Notes: a model not told the origin generated them from the letters alone. A stretch of 64,000 nucleotides of DNA from Myxococcota bacterium (GCA_036229005.1 JAZAMN010000004.1:96001-160000), one strand, 5' to 3'. Counted from the first letter of the stretch, positions 29,663 through 40,398 are shown. Numbers and translations: made by a program.

Positions 29663-29768
29663 GCGCGTTCCCTTCGGTGCTTCGCCCTAATATAGCGGCC
29701 CGGAGCCCCCTGCCGAGCAGGGAATCTGCCCGAGGCCCTTTCGGGGGCCTCTCACATCTGGGTTTCAT

Positions 29769-30266
29769 TCAGCCGTAGGGGGTGGGCTCCGGCTCCGCCT
29801 GGCGCGCGCGGTGGGCGCTCAGGACCTCCTGCACGTCGGAGCCCTCGGGCACGAACACCACCGCGTACCCGTTGACGCAGTGGCGCGTCCCGGTGGGCGT
29901 CTGCGGGGCGTCCTGGAAGATGTGGCCCAGGTGTCCGTCGCAGCGGCTGCAGCGCATCTCCGTGCGGATCCGGCCGTGGCTGGTGTCGCGGTAGGTGCGG
30001 ACCGCGCCCGGGGTGACCTCGTCGAAGAAGCTGGGCCAGCCGCAGCCCGAGTGGAACTTGTGCTGGGCGGTGTAGAGCGCCTGCCCGCAGCCGGCGCAGT
30101 GGTACATCCCGGCCTCCTCGTTGTCCAGGTAGCGGCCGGTCCCGGCGGGCTCCGTCGCGGCGTGGCGCAGGATGCGGTACTCGGTGGGGCTCAGAAGCTG
30201 CTGCCAGGTGGCGTCCTGGATGGCGGTGGCGTCGAGCTTGGGGTCCTGGGCGGGATCTTGGGCCAT
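29769..30266 (-). CDS. msrB: Peptide-methionine (R)-S-oxide reductase
   Basis: TE..GTG.Y, YHCAGC, KFHSGCGWPSF, RTEMRCSRCDGHLGHIF, RHCVN. Confidence 0.92.
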   Translation of the reverse strand: MAQDPAQDPKLDATAIQDATWQQLLSPTEYRILRHAATEPAGTGRYLDNEEAGMYHCAGCGQALYTAQHKFHSGCGWPSFFDEVTPGAVRTYRDTSHGRIRTEMRCSRCDGHLGHIFQDAPQTPTGTRHCVNGYAVVFVPEGSDVQEVLSAHRARQAEPEPTPYG

Positions 30267-30357
30267 GCAAACACTCCTGCGAATGTGGGCCATGAGCGCT
30301 TCGGGTTTGCGCCGGGCGGTCTCAACGATAGCCCCGATGCAGCGCCTGGAGCCGCCC

Positions 30358-31026
30358 ATGCCCGAGATCGTCCTTCACCACCTGGAATACTCCCGCTCGA
30401 CCCGCATCCTCTGGCTGCTGGAGGAGCTGGGGCTGGACTACACAATCCAGCGCTACGAGCGCGACGCGAACTTCCGGGCCGATCCCGCCCTCAAGCAGGT
30501 CCACCCCCTGGGCAAGGCCCCCGTGCTGGTGGTCGACGGCCTGGCCTTGGCCGAGTCGGGCGCCATCATGGAGTACGTCACCGCGCACCTGGCCGACGGT
30601 CGCCTGCGCCCCAGCGACCCCGTGGCCCTCCACCAGTTCCACTACTGGCTGCACTTTGCCGAGGGCACGCTGATGCCCACCCTGCTCATGAGCTTGGTGC
30701 ACACCAAGGCCCTGGGGGCCGTGCCCTTCTTCATCAAGTCGGTCGCCAAGGCCGTGCTCGGGGCCATCGGCAAGAACTTCTCGGACCCCGAGATCCGCAA
30801 GAACATGGGCTTCCTGGATCAGACCCTGGCCCAGGGGGGCCCTTGGATCCTGGGGGAGGAGCTGACCGCGGCCGACATGCAGCTCTGCTATCCCGCCGAG
30901 GCCGGCCTCTCCCGTGCACCACGGGGCAGCAGCTTCCCCGCGGTCGAGGACTGGCTGGGCCGAATCCGCGCCCGCCCCGCCTACCAGCGCGCCCTCGAGA
31001 AGGGCGGCCCCACCATGCCGGGCTAG
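30358..31026 (+). CDS. Glutathione S-transferase
   Basis: HHLEYSRS.RILWLLEEL, HPLGKAPVL, AESGAI, LTAAD. Confidence 0.92.
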   Translation: MPEIVLHHLEYSRSTRILWLLEELGLDYTIQRYERDANFRADPALKQVHPLGKAPVLVVDGLALAESGAIMEYVTAHLADGRLRPSDPVALHQFHYWLHFAEGTLMPTLLMSLVHTKALGAVPFFIKSVAKAVLGAIGKNFSDPEIRKNMGFLDQTLAQGGPWILGEELTAADMQLCYPAEAGLSRAPRGSSFPAVEDWLGRIRARPAYQRALEKGGPTMPG

Positions 31027-31055
31027 GCGGGGCCGCGGTCCTCAGACCCAGGGCC

Positions 31056-32279
31056 TCAGATCAGGCCCTTGAGCACCGCCAGCACCTGGTCGATGTCGGC
31101 CTCGGTGTGGGCGGCGTTGATCTGGAAGCGGATGCACTGATCGCCCTGGGGCACCACCGGGAAGTTCAGGCCCACCACCAGCACGCCGCCGTCCGTGAAG
31201 CCTTGGACCATGGCCCGGGTCTTCTCGGTGTCGCGCACCATCAGGGGCACCACGGGGTGCTCGCCGGGGATGCTCTCCAGGCCCAGGTCGGCCAGCCCCT
31301 GACGGAACTGGGCGATGCGGGCCTGCACGTTCTCCAGCCGCTCGATGCCCTCGGGCGAGTCCGCGATGTCCACGGCGGCCTTGGCGGCGGCGCAGTCGGC
31401 CACGGACAGGGGGTTGGTGTAGATGTAGGTGTCGGCCTTCTGGCGCACGGCCTCGACCACGGCCTCGCTGGCGGCCACGAAGCCGCCGTTCACGCCGAAG
31501 GCCTTGCCGAAGGTGCCGACCACGATGTCCACCTGCTCGCCGCAGATCTCCTCGGTGCCGCGGCCGGTGGCCCCGTAGGCGCCGATGCCGTGGGAGTCGT
31601 CGACCACGGTGACCAGGCCCTCGGCGAAGCGCTCGCGGTGGGGGGCCAGGATGCGGTTGATCTCCGCGATGGGGGCGTGGTCGCCGCGCATGGAGAACAC
31701 GCCGTCAAAGATGACGACCACGCGCTCGATGCCCTCGGGCACGGACTCGATGGCGGCCTTCAGCTCGGCCATGTCGTTGTGCTTGAAGATGGCCTTGTTG
31801 GCCCGGGGCACGCCGGCGATGCGCATCGCGCGGATGATGCAGTTGTGGTTCAGCTCGTCCCCGATCCAGAAGGTCTTCTTGTTCTGGAGGGCCAGGGCCA
31901 GCCCCAGGTTGGTCGTGTACGCCGAGTTGAAGATCTTGGCGGCGGGCCTCCCGCAGAAGGCCGCGATGCGGTCCTCCAGCTCCACGTGCGCGGAGAAGGT
32001 GCCGTCGATGAAGCGCACCGCGCCGGGGCCTGCCCCGAACTTGTGGGTCGCGTCGTCTGCAGCCCGGGTCACCTGGGGGTGGTGGCTCAGGGAGAGGTAG
32101 GAGTTGGAGTTCATGCGGATGAACTCCTGGTCGTACCCGGCCAGCTTGTAGCGGGGGCCGAAGGCGCCCTGGGGGGGCTTGTAGTCCACGATGACCCGCT
32201 CGGGGGCCTTGGCGCGGCCCTCCTCTTGAAGGCGGGCGACTTCCTTGCGCAGACCGGCGTCCAGCAGCTCGATGCTCAT
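31056..32279 (-). CDS. Class II aminotransferase, 2-amino-3-ketobutyrate CoA ligase/AONS family
   Basis: SNSYLSL, GAVRFIDGT, DELNHNCII, DGVFSMRGD, DDSHGIG, GTFGKAFG. Confidence 0.9.
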   Translation of the reverse strand: MSIELLDAGLRKEVARLQEEGRAKAPERVIVDYKPPQGAFGPRYKLAGYDQEFIRMNSNSYLSLSHHPQVTRAADDATHKFGAGPGAVRFIDGTFSAHVELEDRIAAFCGRPAAKIFNSAYTTNLGLALALQNKKTFWIGDELNHNCIIRAMRIAGVPRANKAIFKHNDMAELKAAIESVPEGIERVVVIFDGVFSMRGDHAPIAEINRILAPHRERFAEGLVTVVDDSHGIGAYGATGRGTEEICGEQVDIVVGTFGKAFGVNGGFVAASEAVVEAVRQKADTYIYTNPLSVADCAAAKAAVDIADSPEGIERLENVQARIAQFRQGLADLGLESIPGEHPVVPLMVRDTEKTRAMVQGFTDGGVLVVGLNFPVVPQGDQCIRFQINAAHTEADIDQVLAVLKGLI

Positions 32280-32362
32280 GCGGCTCTCCTGTGCTCGATG
32301 GGAGCGAAGCCTATCGGGTTGGCCTGGGTGTGTGGGGCGGCCCTGGCGGATATGCACAGGGC

Positions 32363-32839
32363 ATGGACAAGTCGGAGCTGATCGCGGCCTGGAAGCAGGT
32401 CCTGGAAGAGCGCCTGGCGCGCGCGGAGCGTGGACAGGCAGAGGCCACCGCGGGCACTCGGGTGGACGGATCTCACCGGCCCGCCAACCGGGGCGAGCGA
32501 GGCGCGGTCACGGCCCAGGGCTACCTGGCGCATGGTCTGGGCCAGCGGGCGCTGGAGCTGGCCGAGGCCCTGCGCATCCTGGACGAGGTGGGCAGCGAGC
32601 CCCGCGAGCGCGTCGTGGTCGGCGCCCTGGTGGAGCTGGCTGAAGACGACCAGCCCTTCTGGATCGCCGTGCTCCCTGGGGGGGACGCGAGCGAGGTGGC
32701 TCTGGGTGCCCACAGCATCAAGGTCCTCAGCGCCCAGGCGCCGCTTGTACGCGCCTTGTCTGGACGGGAGCCCGACGACGAGGTCACCCTGGCGCTGACC
32801 GGCCGGCAGCGCGTGCTGGAGATCCTGCAGGTGCTCTGA
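32363..32839 (+). CDS. GreA/GreB C-terminal-domain family protein
   Basis: N-terminal coiled coil; VVVGALVEL, LSAQAPLVRALSGREPDDEV. Confidence 0.7.
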   Translation: MDKSELIAAWKQVLEERLARAERGQAEATAGTRVDGSHRPANRGERGAVTAQGYLAHGLGQRALELAEALRILDEVGSEPRERVVVGALVELAEDDQPFWIAVLPGGDASEVALGAHSIKVLSAQAPLVRALSGREPDDEVTLALTGRQRVLEILQVL

Positions 32840-32900
32840 GCCCTGGGCACTGGGCGCTGAGCCGTGGGGACTGGGCGCGGGGGACTGGGTCCCCGAGCGC

Positions 32901-34247
32901 TCAGTCCCGGCGGCGCCGGATCTCGACCACCGTGGGGGTGGAGGCCTTGTTGCGGGGCTTGCGCCTCCGGCGCTGCTTGGGTGGGCTGCTGTTGTCCTCG
33001 CTGGCGCTGCGGGGCTTGCGGGTGCTCTGGCGGGGTTTGGATGCCGAGGCGGTGGGCCCCGAAGTGTCCGGACGGCCACCGCTCCGCTTCTTCCGCCGAC
33101 CCTCGCTGGTGCGTTCATTGCGCCCCTGATTGGGGCTGTCGCTGCGCCGGTCGTCGTGGGTGTCGTTGCCGCGCCGCTTGCGCTGCTGACCCTGGGACTG
33201 GGCGGCCTGATCCTCGGAGCGGGGGCCCCGACGCTTGCGATTTCGGCTGCGCTTGTTGTTGTCGCCCTGGCGCTCGGAGCGGGGCTTGGCGTCGCCGCCA
33301 GAGCTGTCTTTGCCGGGGGCGGACTTCTGCTGGCTGCGCTTGTCGCTGCGGCGCTTGAAGCGGGCCACCTGGGCCTGACGCTCGCGCTCGTCATCGTCGG
33401 GCTCTTCGAGGCCCAGAGCGACGCGGCGCTGGAAGTCGGCGCGGGCGGCCGCCGCGATCTCGTCGAGCACGGACTGGACGTTGGCCTTGTGGTCGCTGCC
33501 GCGGAACTTGCCGGTGAGCTCGGTGTACGGGGTGAGGTCGTTCTTCTCGTAGAGGTCCCACATCTCTTCGGCGTAGCGGGTCTTGCGCAGGCGCGGCTCC
33601 CAGCGGGAGAGGAAGAGGGTGAGGTTCTTGACGTCCCGGATCAGCAGCTTCTTGGCGTTCCGGTTGTGGGCCGGGTCCACCGCCTGGGGGAAGTCGATGA
33701 TGACGGGCTCTTCGGGGCTGAGCAGGACGTTGAAGTCCGAGAGGTCCCCGTGCACCACGCCAGCGCAGAGCATGCGCTGCACATCCTTGAGCAGGATGTG
33801 GAAGAGCTCGCGGGCCTGCTTCTTGGAGAGCTCCACGTCGCAGAGTCGCGGCGCGGGGCCACCATCGGCGCCCTTGATGAGCTCCATGATGAGCACGCCC
33901 TCCACAAAGTCGTAGGGCTCGGGGACGCGCACGCCGGCGGCGTTCAGGCGGTAGATGGTGTCGACCTCGGCGTTGCGCCAGGCCTCCTCCTCCTGCTCGC
34001 GGCCGAACCTGGAGCGCCGGCTCATGGCCCGTTGGCTGCGGGTGTTCCGAGTCTTTCGGCCCTCGGTGTATTCAGCCCGGTGTTTGAAGCTGCGGTGGTT
34101 GGCGCTCTTGTAGAGCTTGGCCACGCGCAGCTCATCGTCGGAGACGACCAGGTAGACCTCGGCCTCTTTGCCGGCCATCAGGGGGCGGACCACCTCTTGG
34201 ATGGCTCCCTGGTCCAGCAGCAGCCCGAGCCGCTCATTTGCCCGCAT
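32901..34247 (-). CDS. RIO1-family protein kinase (PA4780-like) with long basic C-terminal tail
   Basis: LMAGKEAEVY, VAKLYK, VVHGDLSDFNVL, IIDFPQAVD. Confidence 0.9.
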   Translation of the reverse strand: MRANERLGLLLDQGAIQEVVRPLMAGKEAEVYLVVSDDELRVAKLYKSANHRSFKHRAEYTEGRKTRNTRSQRAMSRRSRFGREQEEEAWRNAEVDTIYRLNAAGVRVPEPYDFVEGVLIMELIKGADGGPAPRLCDVELSKKQARELFHILLKDVQRMLCAGVVHGDLSDFNVLLSPEEPVIIDFPQAVDPAHNRNAKKLLIRDVKNLTLFLSRWEPRLRKTRYAEEMWDLYEKNDLTPYTELTGKFRGSDHKANVQSVLDEIAAAARADFQRRVALGLEEPDDDERERQAQVARFKRRSDKRSQQKSAPGKDSSGGDAKPRSERQGDNNKRSRNRKRRGPRSEDQAAQSQGQQRKRRGNDTHDDRRSDSPNQGRNERTSEGRRKKRSGGRPDTSGPTASASKPRQSTRKPRSASEDNSSPPKQRRRRKPRNKASTPTVVEIRRRRD

Positions 34248-34276
34248 TCAGCGTCCTCTCCCGGTGGGGGGTTTGC

Positions 34277-35536
34277 TCAGGGGATCGGACCCAGGGTGAT
34301 GGTCCCTTGATCCTGGGGTTCACTACTAACCAGAGCGTAGGTGCCTGCGCCCGCGCCAAGGAGCGCGAGGCCACCGACGCCCGCCCACAGACCCCAGCGG
34401 GGGCCCTCCTTGGACACCGAGGGGCCGGTCTCCTGGGGCGTGGTCGCGACCGCGGCTGCGGAGGGGGTCAGGAGCATCTCGCTGAGCAGCGCGTTGTCGT
34501 TGGGGGCCAGGGCCGGCACGTCGAAGGCCACGCGATCGGGGCGGATGTCGCCGGTGCCGGTGACGTAGCTGCCCATGGCGGGGACCAGGCTCTGGAGCGC
34601 CAGCACGGGGTCTTCGCCGGCGGGGGCGCTCAGGGACTGTGAGAAGTTGCCCGAGCGGCTGCTGTAGAGCGCGAGCACGACCTGATCGCCGACCTGACCG
34701 CCCAGGAAGACCAGGGGGGTCTGCGCGTAGGCGCCCACGGCCCGGTAGAGGCTGTCGGTCTGGCGCATGTGCAGGTTGGCGTCGTCGCTGGCCTCCGCGA
34801 GGCTCATGCCCAGCTTGACGTTGACGGTGGTGGAGCGGCCGGCGCTGACCTCGGTCGCTTCGACGTAGCGAGCGCCTTCGGTGCCCTCGACGTAGACGTA
34901 GTGGCGCCCGGGGGGGAGCCCGGTGACCATCTCCGCGTCTGCGGGGAGGCCATCCACGAGCACCTTGCTGCCCTTGGGGGCGCGGATGGCCAGAGTGCCG
35001 GTGCCCGCCTCGACCTGTGCGGCCTTGGCGGCCTCGAAGGCCTCGATCACGTCGGGGGGGTAGGTCAGGGTGTCGAGCTCGCGGCGGGGGGCCAGCACGG
35101 CGGCCTTGGCGAGCGCCTCCTGGGCCTGGGCGGTCTCCCCCAGGCCGGAGAGGGCGAGCCCCAAGGTCAGGTAGGCCTCGACCAGCTCGCTGGGATCGCC
35201 GGAGATGGAGGCGCCCCCCTCCAGGACCTCGACCGCGCCCTGGAGCATGCCCAAGGCGGCGTCGGGATCGGCGTTGGCGTAGAGCACGCGGCCCTGGTCA
35301 AGCAGATCGCGCCCCTCGCTCAGGGCGAAGGCCTCCAGGACGAGATCCTCACGACCGGCCAGGCGGGTGGAGATGGTGTCCGGGCCGACGCCCTCCATGT
35401 TCCCGGTCGCGCTCAGGGCCTGGGCGAGATCGACGCTGACCTCACGGGACGCGGCTGCGTCCAGACCGGGGATGTGGAGGCCGACGACCGCGACCTCGGG
35501 AGATGCGAAGGCGGCAGGCGCCAACAAGAGCCACAT
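34277..35536 (-). CDS. Exported TPR/PEGA-domain protein with C-terminal TM
   Basis: MWLLLAPAAFA signal; PKGSKVLVDG..GLPPGRHYV PEGA-like motif. Confidence 0.7.
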   Translation of the reverse strand: MWLLLAPAAFASPEVAVVGLHIPGLDAAASREVSVDLAQALSATGNMEGVGPDTISTRLAGREDLVLEAFALSEGRDLLDQGRVLYANADPDAALGMLQGAVEVLEGGASISGDPSELVEAYLTLGLALSGLGETAQAQEALAKAAVLAPRRELDTLTYPPDVIEAFEAAKAAQVEAGTGTLAIRAPKGSKVLVDGLPADAEMVTGLPPGRHYVYVEGTEGARYVEATEVSAGRSTTVNVKLGMSLAEASDDANLHMRQTDSLYRAVGAYAQTPLVFLGGQVGDQVVLALYSSRSGNFSQSLSAPAGEDPVLALQSLVPAMGSYVTGTGDIRPDRVAFDVPALAPNDNALLSEMLLTPSAAAVATTPQETGPSVSKEGPRWGLWAGVGGLALLGAGAGTYALVSSEPQDQGTITLGPIP

Positions 35537-35632
35537 AGAGCCCCTCCATTGCGCTCAGTGTAGCTCGGACGACGGGGTGGACGGAAGCGAGCTTCTGGAA
35601 GGCTTGCGCAGGGGAGGGGTTATCTGGTGTCG

Positions 35633-37054
35633 ATGAAGCTCTTGTTGCTGTTGGCCTCGCTGGCCTGGTCCGCCGATCCCGAGCAGCTCATGCGCGAAGG
35701 ACGCCCCGTCCAGGCGCTGGAGGCTGCCCAGGCGCAGGTTCGCGAGACCCCCGACGATGTCGAGGACCACGAGCTGCTGATCGACCTGATGTTCTCGCTG
35801 GGGCTGGGGATCCAGGGGGAGCTCGCCTACCTGCAGTTCGCGGACGACAACCCAGGCAACCCCATGGCCTGGTACCTGCTCGGGCGCGCCGCGCTGGATC
35901 CGGTGCGGGCGAACACGGCGTACGCAAAGGCCCTGAGCCTGGACCCGACCTATGCGCGGGCGATGATGGGGCTCGCGGCCCTCCAGCGGGCGCAGGGGAA
36001 CACCGCCGATGCCGAGAAGCTGTACCGACAGGCGCTGGAGCTGGACAAGTCCCTGAGCGAGGCCTGGTCGGGCCTGGGGGCCTGTCTGGTGCAGCAGGAG
36101 CGCCACGCGGAGGCTCTGGACAACGCGCTCGCGGCGATGGCGGCGATCCCCTACGATCGCGAGGGCTACCTGGCGGCCGCTGTGCTGGAGCCCGACATGG
36201 CCCTGCAGCACCTGCAGCGGGGCGTGAAGGCCAACCCCAATGACCCCGAGCTGCTGGCGGCGCTGGGCAAGCTGCAGATCGGCGCGGGTGAATACAAGGC
36301 GGCCCGCGAGAGCCTGGACAAGGCCCTGGCTGCCAGCCCCGCGGACCCGCAAGCGAACTACGACCGAGCGGTCGTGGGGGAGCTGGAGAGGGGCACCCTG
36401 GACGCCGCGGGACTCTCCCGCCTGATGCGCGCGCGGGCCCTGGGGGAGAAGGCCCCCGTCGCCGCGCAGATCGAGGTCGACGCCCTGATCCAGGACTACC
36501 CCGACTGCTACCTGGTCTTCCTGCTCGACGGGATGATGAAGGTGGAGGCCGGCCGCAAGACGGAGGCCCTGGACTCCCTCAACAAGGCGCTGGAGCTGGC
36601 CCCGGAGAGCCCGGATGTGCTGGGCACGATGGGGCTGCTGCTGCTGGCGCTGAACGACCCCCAGCGGGCCTATCCCTTGCTGGACAAGGCCTACAAGGCG
36701 CGGTCCTGGGACGTCGAGCTGGGGGTCTCCGCCGGGATGGCGGCCGCCGGGGCGCTCGGGGCCAACGCCGGGGTGACCTACCTGGGGCAGGTCGCCGAGG
36801 CGCACCCCACCGAGCTCTCCCCGATCATGGCGCTGGTGAGCCTGCTCACGCAGGTGGGCCGGACGGACGCCGCGTACCATGTGCTGGCGCGCGCCACCGA
36901 GCGCTTCCCGCACCCCACGCTGCTGCTCTCCAAGGCGGCGGCGGCTCAGGATCTGGGCAGGCGGGAGGAGGCGGCCGCCATCCTCGAGGAGCTCTTCCAG
37001 TTGACCGGCGATCCCAAGTACGAGCAGATGGCCCAGGAGCTGCGGGCTCAGTGA
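35633..37054 (+). CDS. Tetratricopeptide-repeat protein
   Basis: Repeated AW.LLG..A...Y.KAL.LDP helical motifs. Confidence 0.85.
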   Translation: MKLLLLLASLAWSADPEQLMREGRPVQALEAAQAQVRETPDDVEDHELLIDLMFSLGLGIQGELAYLQFADDNPGNPMAWYLLGRAALDPVRANTAYAKALSLDPTYARAMMGLAALQRAQGNTADAEKLYRQALELDKSLSEAWSGLGACLVQQERHAEALDNALAAMAAIPYDREGYLAAAVLEPDMALQHLQRGVKANPNDPELLAALGKLQIGAGEYKAARESLDKALAASPADPQANYDRAVVGELERGTLDAAGLSRLMRARALGEKAPVAAQIEVDALIQDYPDCYLVFLLDGMMKVEAGRKTEALDSLNKALELAPESPDVLGTMGLLLLALNDPQRAYPLLDKAYKARSWDVELGVSAGMAAAGALGANAGVTYLGQVAEAHPTELSPIMALVSLLTQVGRTDAAYHVLARATERFPHPTLLLSKAAAAQDLGRREEAAAILEELFQLTGDPKYEQMAQELRAQ

Positions 37055-37434
37055 GCGCCGACTCCGACTGTGCGCTGCGGCTGATGGAGGTGGTGGTCCC
37101 CTGCGTCCGCTACCGCAGCACCCGCTTCTTCTACGAGCACGTGTTGGGGCTGGAGCCCGCCAGCGAGGGCCGGAACCACGTGTTCTTTGCCTGCGGCGGC
37201 GCCCAGCTCGCCCTGGTCAACGCCTCCGGGGGAGACCCCATGGTCAAGCCTAGCGGCCACGGGATCTACCTGGACCTTGAGGCCCGGGACCTGCAGAGCC
37301 TCAAGCGGCGCTGTCAGCGGGAGGGCATCCAGCTCCTGGATGAGCGCCGGGACGAGCACGGTCGGGCCATCACGCTGCGGGACCCGGAGGGCAACCTGCT
37401 CAACGTCTTCCAGGCCGGCACGGTGGGCGCGTGA
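37051..37434 (+). CDS. VOC/glyoxalase-family protein
   Basis: FFYEHVLGL, LRDPEGNLL. Confidence 0.85.
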   Translation: MSADSDCALRLMEVVVPCVRYRSTRFFYEHVLGLEPASEGRNHVFFACGGAQLALVNASGGDPMVKPSGHGIYLDLEARDLQSLKRRCQREGIQLLDERRDEHGRAITLRDPEGNLLNVFQAGTVGA

Positions 37435-37844
37435 GCTCCCTGGCGCTGGCCCTGGTCCTCTCGGGTCTGTCCCGGGCGGACACCGGCCTGGCCCCGGACC
37501 CGCCCACCGACCCGCTGCCCATCCACGGTGAGGACAGCGACGACGACGGCTGGATCGACGACGTCGACTGCAACCCCCTGAACGCCTCGATCTACCCAGG
37601 CGCGCCCGAGGTCTGCAACGGCCACGACTCCGACTGCAACGGCTTGGTCGACGACATCGACGAGGTCTGCGGGGACCGCTCCGACAACGACTGCGACGCC
37701 CAGGTCGACGAGGGCTGCGGGCTCTGCAACGCGCCGCCAGACACCGGGCTGCAGTCCGGAGTTGGCTGGATCTTCGCCGTGCTGCTGATCTCCGGCGCAT
37801 TGAGCCGCCGTTCGGTGGCTCGCCGCGGGCCGCCGCTATACTGA
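37431..37844 (+). CDS. Putative metal-binding-motif (MopE-like) surface protein with C-terminal anchor
   Basis: DSDDDG..DCN...IYPGAPEVCNGHDSDCNG.VDD; TM followed by RR tail. Confidence 0.75.
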   Translation: MSSLALALVLSGLSRADTGLAPDPPTDPLPIHGEDSDDDGWIDDVDCNPLNASIYPGAPEVCNGHDSDCNGLVDDIDEVCGDRSDNDCDAQVDEGCGLCNAPPDTGLQSGVGWIFAVLLISGALSRRSVARRGPPLY

Positions 37845-37854
37845 ACAGGCCTCC

Positions 37855-38352
37855 ATGTTGGTCTTGGGTATCGATCCTGGCTCCACGGTCACCGGCTACG
37901 GGCTGGTGCGGCGGGAGCGTGGGCGCTACCGGCTGGTGCACGCTGGCGCGGTGAAGACCCGCAGCAAGGACCCCATCCCCCAGCGCCTGCACGAGATCCA
38001 CGGGGAGCTGGTCGCTGTGATCCAGGCCTGGAGCCCCGACACCGTGGCCATCGAGGCCATCTTCCGGCACAAGTCCAGCGAGTCCGCGCTGCGCCTGGGG
38101 CAGGCCCGCGGGGTCGCCCTGCTCGCCGCCGCCTCCGCCCAGCGACCCATCTTCGAGTACAACGCCATGACAGTGAAGAAGTCGGTGACCGGCTCCGGTC
38201 GGGCTGACAAGAAGCAGATCCGCCGGGTGGTGGGGATGCTCACCGGGGCCGACTTCAGCGGGCTGCCCGACGACGCCGCGGACGCGGTGGCCATCGCCAT
38301 CACGCACCTCGCGCATGCCCCCCACCACGCTGCTGTAGAGAGGCTGCGATGA
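37855..38352 (+). CDS. ruvC: Holliday junction resolvase RuvC
   Basis: LGIDPG, LGQARGV, VKKSVTGSGRADK, DAADAVAIAITH. Confidence 0.97.
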   Translation: MLVLGIDPGSTVTGYGLVRRERGRYRLVHAGAVKTRSKDPIPQRLHEIHGELVAVIQAWSPDTVAIEAIFRHKSSESALRLGQARGVALLAAASAQRPIFEYNAMTVKKSVTGSGRADKKQIRRVVGMLTGADFSGLPDDAADAVAIAITHLAHAPHHAAVERLR

Positions 38353-38951
38353 TCGCGATGTTGAGAGGCGAGGTTGTCGAGAAGGACGAGAGCCTCCTCA
38401 TCCTGGACGTCTCCGGTGTGGGCTACGCGGTGTCCGTGGGCAGCGCCATGGCCGCTCGAACGGGGCTCGGGGAGACTCTCACCTTCTCGATCAGCACCCA
38501 GGTCCGCGAGGACTCCATCACCCTCTACGGCTTCGAGGACAGCCACGGCCGGCGCCTCTTCGAGCAGCTCCTGAGCGTGTCCGGCGTCGGGCCCAAGATG
38601 GGCATGGCGCTCATCGACACCCTGGGCTTCAAGGGCCTGATCCGCGCCCTCCAGGAGGAGGACGCCCGCGCCCTCACCGCGGTCTCCGGTGTCGGCAAGA
38701 AGACCGCCCAGCGCCTGCTGCTGGAGATGCGCGGCAAGGTCAGCATGCCCTTCATCCCGGGCCCCGCTGCGGGCGTCACCACCGCCCCGGCTGCCGCTGA
38801 AGACCCCCTGCGCCTGGCGCTGGCCCGCCTGGGCTACCGCAAGTCCGAGATCGACCGCGCCGTCTCCGGGGTGGAAGAGGCCGGCGAAGGCAACCACAAC
38901 CTGCAGGCCCGCCTCTCCGCGGCGCTGCGCGTCCTCTCGGGGAGGACCTGA
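38349..38951 (+). CDS. ruvA: Holliday junction DNA-binding protein RuvA
   Basis: [35 protein letters not shown]. Confidence 0.97.
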   Translation: MIAMLRGEVVEKDESLLILDVSGVGYAVSVGSAMAARTGLGETLTFSISTQVREDSITLYGFEDSHGRRLFEQLLSVSGVGPKMGMALIDTLGFKGLIRALQEEDARALTAVSGVGKKTAQRLLLEMRGKVSMPFIPGPAAGVTTAPAAAEDPLRLALARLGYRKSEIDRAVSGVEEAGEGNHNLQARLSAALRVLSGRT

Positions 38952-39979
38952 TGAGTCGACTGGTGGACCCCAGCGAGGCCGCCTACGGCGACGAGTCGGC
39001 CTTCGACCCCGCCCTGCGCCCCCGCTCGCTCGAAGAGTACGTCGGCCAGGAGCGCATCAAGGCCAACCTGCGCGTCTACATCCGCGCGGCCCTCCAGCGC
39101 GGCGAGGCCCTGGACCACGTCCTGTTCGCGGGGCCTCCCGGCCTGGGCAAGACCTCGCTGGCCTACATCCTGGGCGAGGAGCTCGGCGTCGAGGTGCGCA
39201 CCACCTCGGGCCCGGTCATCGAGCGGGGAGGGGACCTGGCCGCCCTGCTCAACAACCTCCAGGAGCGGGAGATCCTCTTCATCGACGAGATCCACCGCCT
39301 CAACCGCGCGGTCGAGGAGGTCCTCTACCCGGCCATGGAGGACTACGAGATCGACGTCGTGCTCGGCACCGGCCCCGGCGCCCAGTCCGTCAAGCTGCCC
39401 CTGCAGCGCTTCACCCTGGTCGGCGCCACCACCCGCGCCGGGCTGCTGACCTCGCCCCTGCGCGCCCGCTTCGGCATCCAGTGCAGCATGGACTTCTACA
39501 CCCCCCAGGAGCTCGTGCGCATCGTCAAGCGCAGCGCCAGCCGCCTGGAGGTGGAGATCACCGATGAGGGCGCCGACGAGCTGGGCTCCCGCTGCCGAGG
39601 CACCCCGCGCGTGGCCAACCGGCTGCTCAAGCGCGTGCGGGACTTCGCCCAGGTCGAGGGCAGCGGCGTGATCGACCGGCCCCTGGCCAAGCTCGCGCTG
39701 GAGCGCCTCGGCGTGGACCCCGTGGGCCTGGACGAGATGGACCGCCGCATCCTGGGCACCATCGCCGACAAGTTCGACGGGGGGCCCGTGGGCCTCACCA
39801 ACCTCGCCGCCGCCATCGGCGAAGAGGCCGACACCATCGAGACCGTCTACGAGCCCTTCCTCATCCAGCAGGGCCTGCTGCAGCGCACCCCTCGGGGCCG
39901 CGTGCTGACCCGCCACGGATGGGGGCACCTTGGGCACACCCCTCCCGCCAACGCGCGGGAGCAGGAGGAGCTGTTCTGA
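38951..39979 (+). CDS. ruvB: Holliday junction branch-migration helicase RuvB
   Basis: [42 protein letters not shown]. Confidence 0.98.
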   Translation: MSRLVDPSEAAYGDESAFDPALRPRSLEEYVGQERIKANLRVYIRAALQRGEALDHVLFAGPPGLGKTSLAYILGEELGVEVRTTSGPVIERGGDLAALLNNLQEREILFIDEIHRLNRAVEEVLYPAMEDYEIDVVLGTGPGAQSVKLPLQRFTLVGATTRAGLLTSPLRARFGIQCSMDFYTPQELVRIVKRSASRLEVEITDEGADELGSRCRGTPRVANRLLKRVRDFAQVEGSGVIDRPLAKLALERLGVDPVGLDEMDRRILGTIADKFDGGPVGLTNLAAAIGEEADTIETVYEPFLIQQGLLQRTPRGRVLTRHGWGHLGHTPPANAREQEELF

Positions 39980-40398
39980 TGATCTGGACCCTGCTGTCCC
40001 TGGCCTGCGGCGCCAAGAAGTCCACCCTGCCCACCCAGGAGATCCAGGTCGCCGAGCTCGAGATCGAGGTCGAGATCGCCGACGATCCCGCCGAGCGCCA
40101 CCAGGGCCTCATGTACCGCCAGAAGCTCGACAAGGACGCCGGCATGCTCTTTGTCTACCCCGAGGCCTCGCCGCGCAGCTTCTGGATGGAGAACACCTCG
40201 ATCCCCCTGTCCATCGCGTTCATGGACGAGACCGGGCGGGTCCTCAACATCGAGGACATGACCCCCTACGACCGCAGCTCGGTGCCCTCCGCCGGCCCGG
40301 CCATGTACGCCCTGGAGATGAACCAGGGCTGGTTCAAGGCGCACCAGGTGGGCGTCGGCTCCGTCGTGGTCGGCCTCCCCGGTCCCTCGGAGAGCTGA
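39979..40398 (+). CDS. DUF192-family lipoprotein
   Basis: EIAD...R..GLMYR...GMLF..FWMENT.IPLSIAF, YALEMNQG. Confidence 0.85.
   Translation: MIWTLLSLACGAKKSTLPTQEIQVAELEIEVEIADDPAERHQGLMYRQKLDKDAGMLFVYPEASPRSFWMENTSIPLSIAFMDETGRVLNIEDMTPYDRSSVPSAGPAMYALEMNQGWFKAHQVGVGSVVVGLPGPSES

Noticed and set aside
29811..32381. Very long antisense/alternate-frame ORFs (also 6338-8293, 13862-16072, 46711-48747, 52837-54777, 56105-58471)
   Set aside because: Shadow ORFs of well-supported genes, expected from stop-codon scarcity at this GC content; no recognisable motifs.
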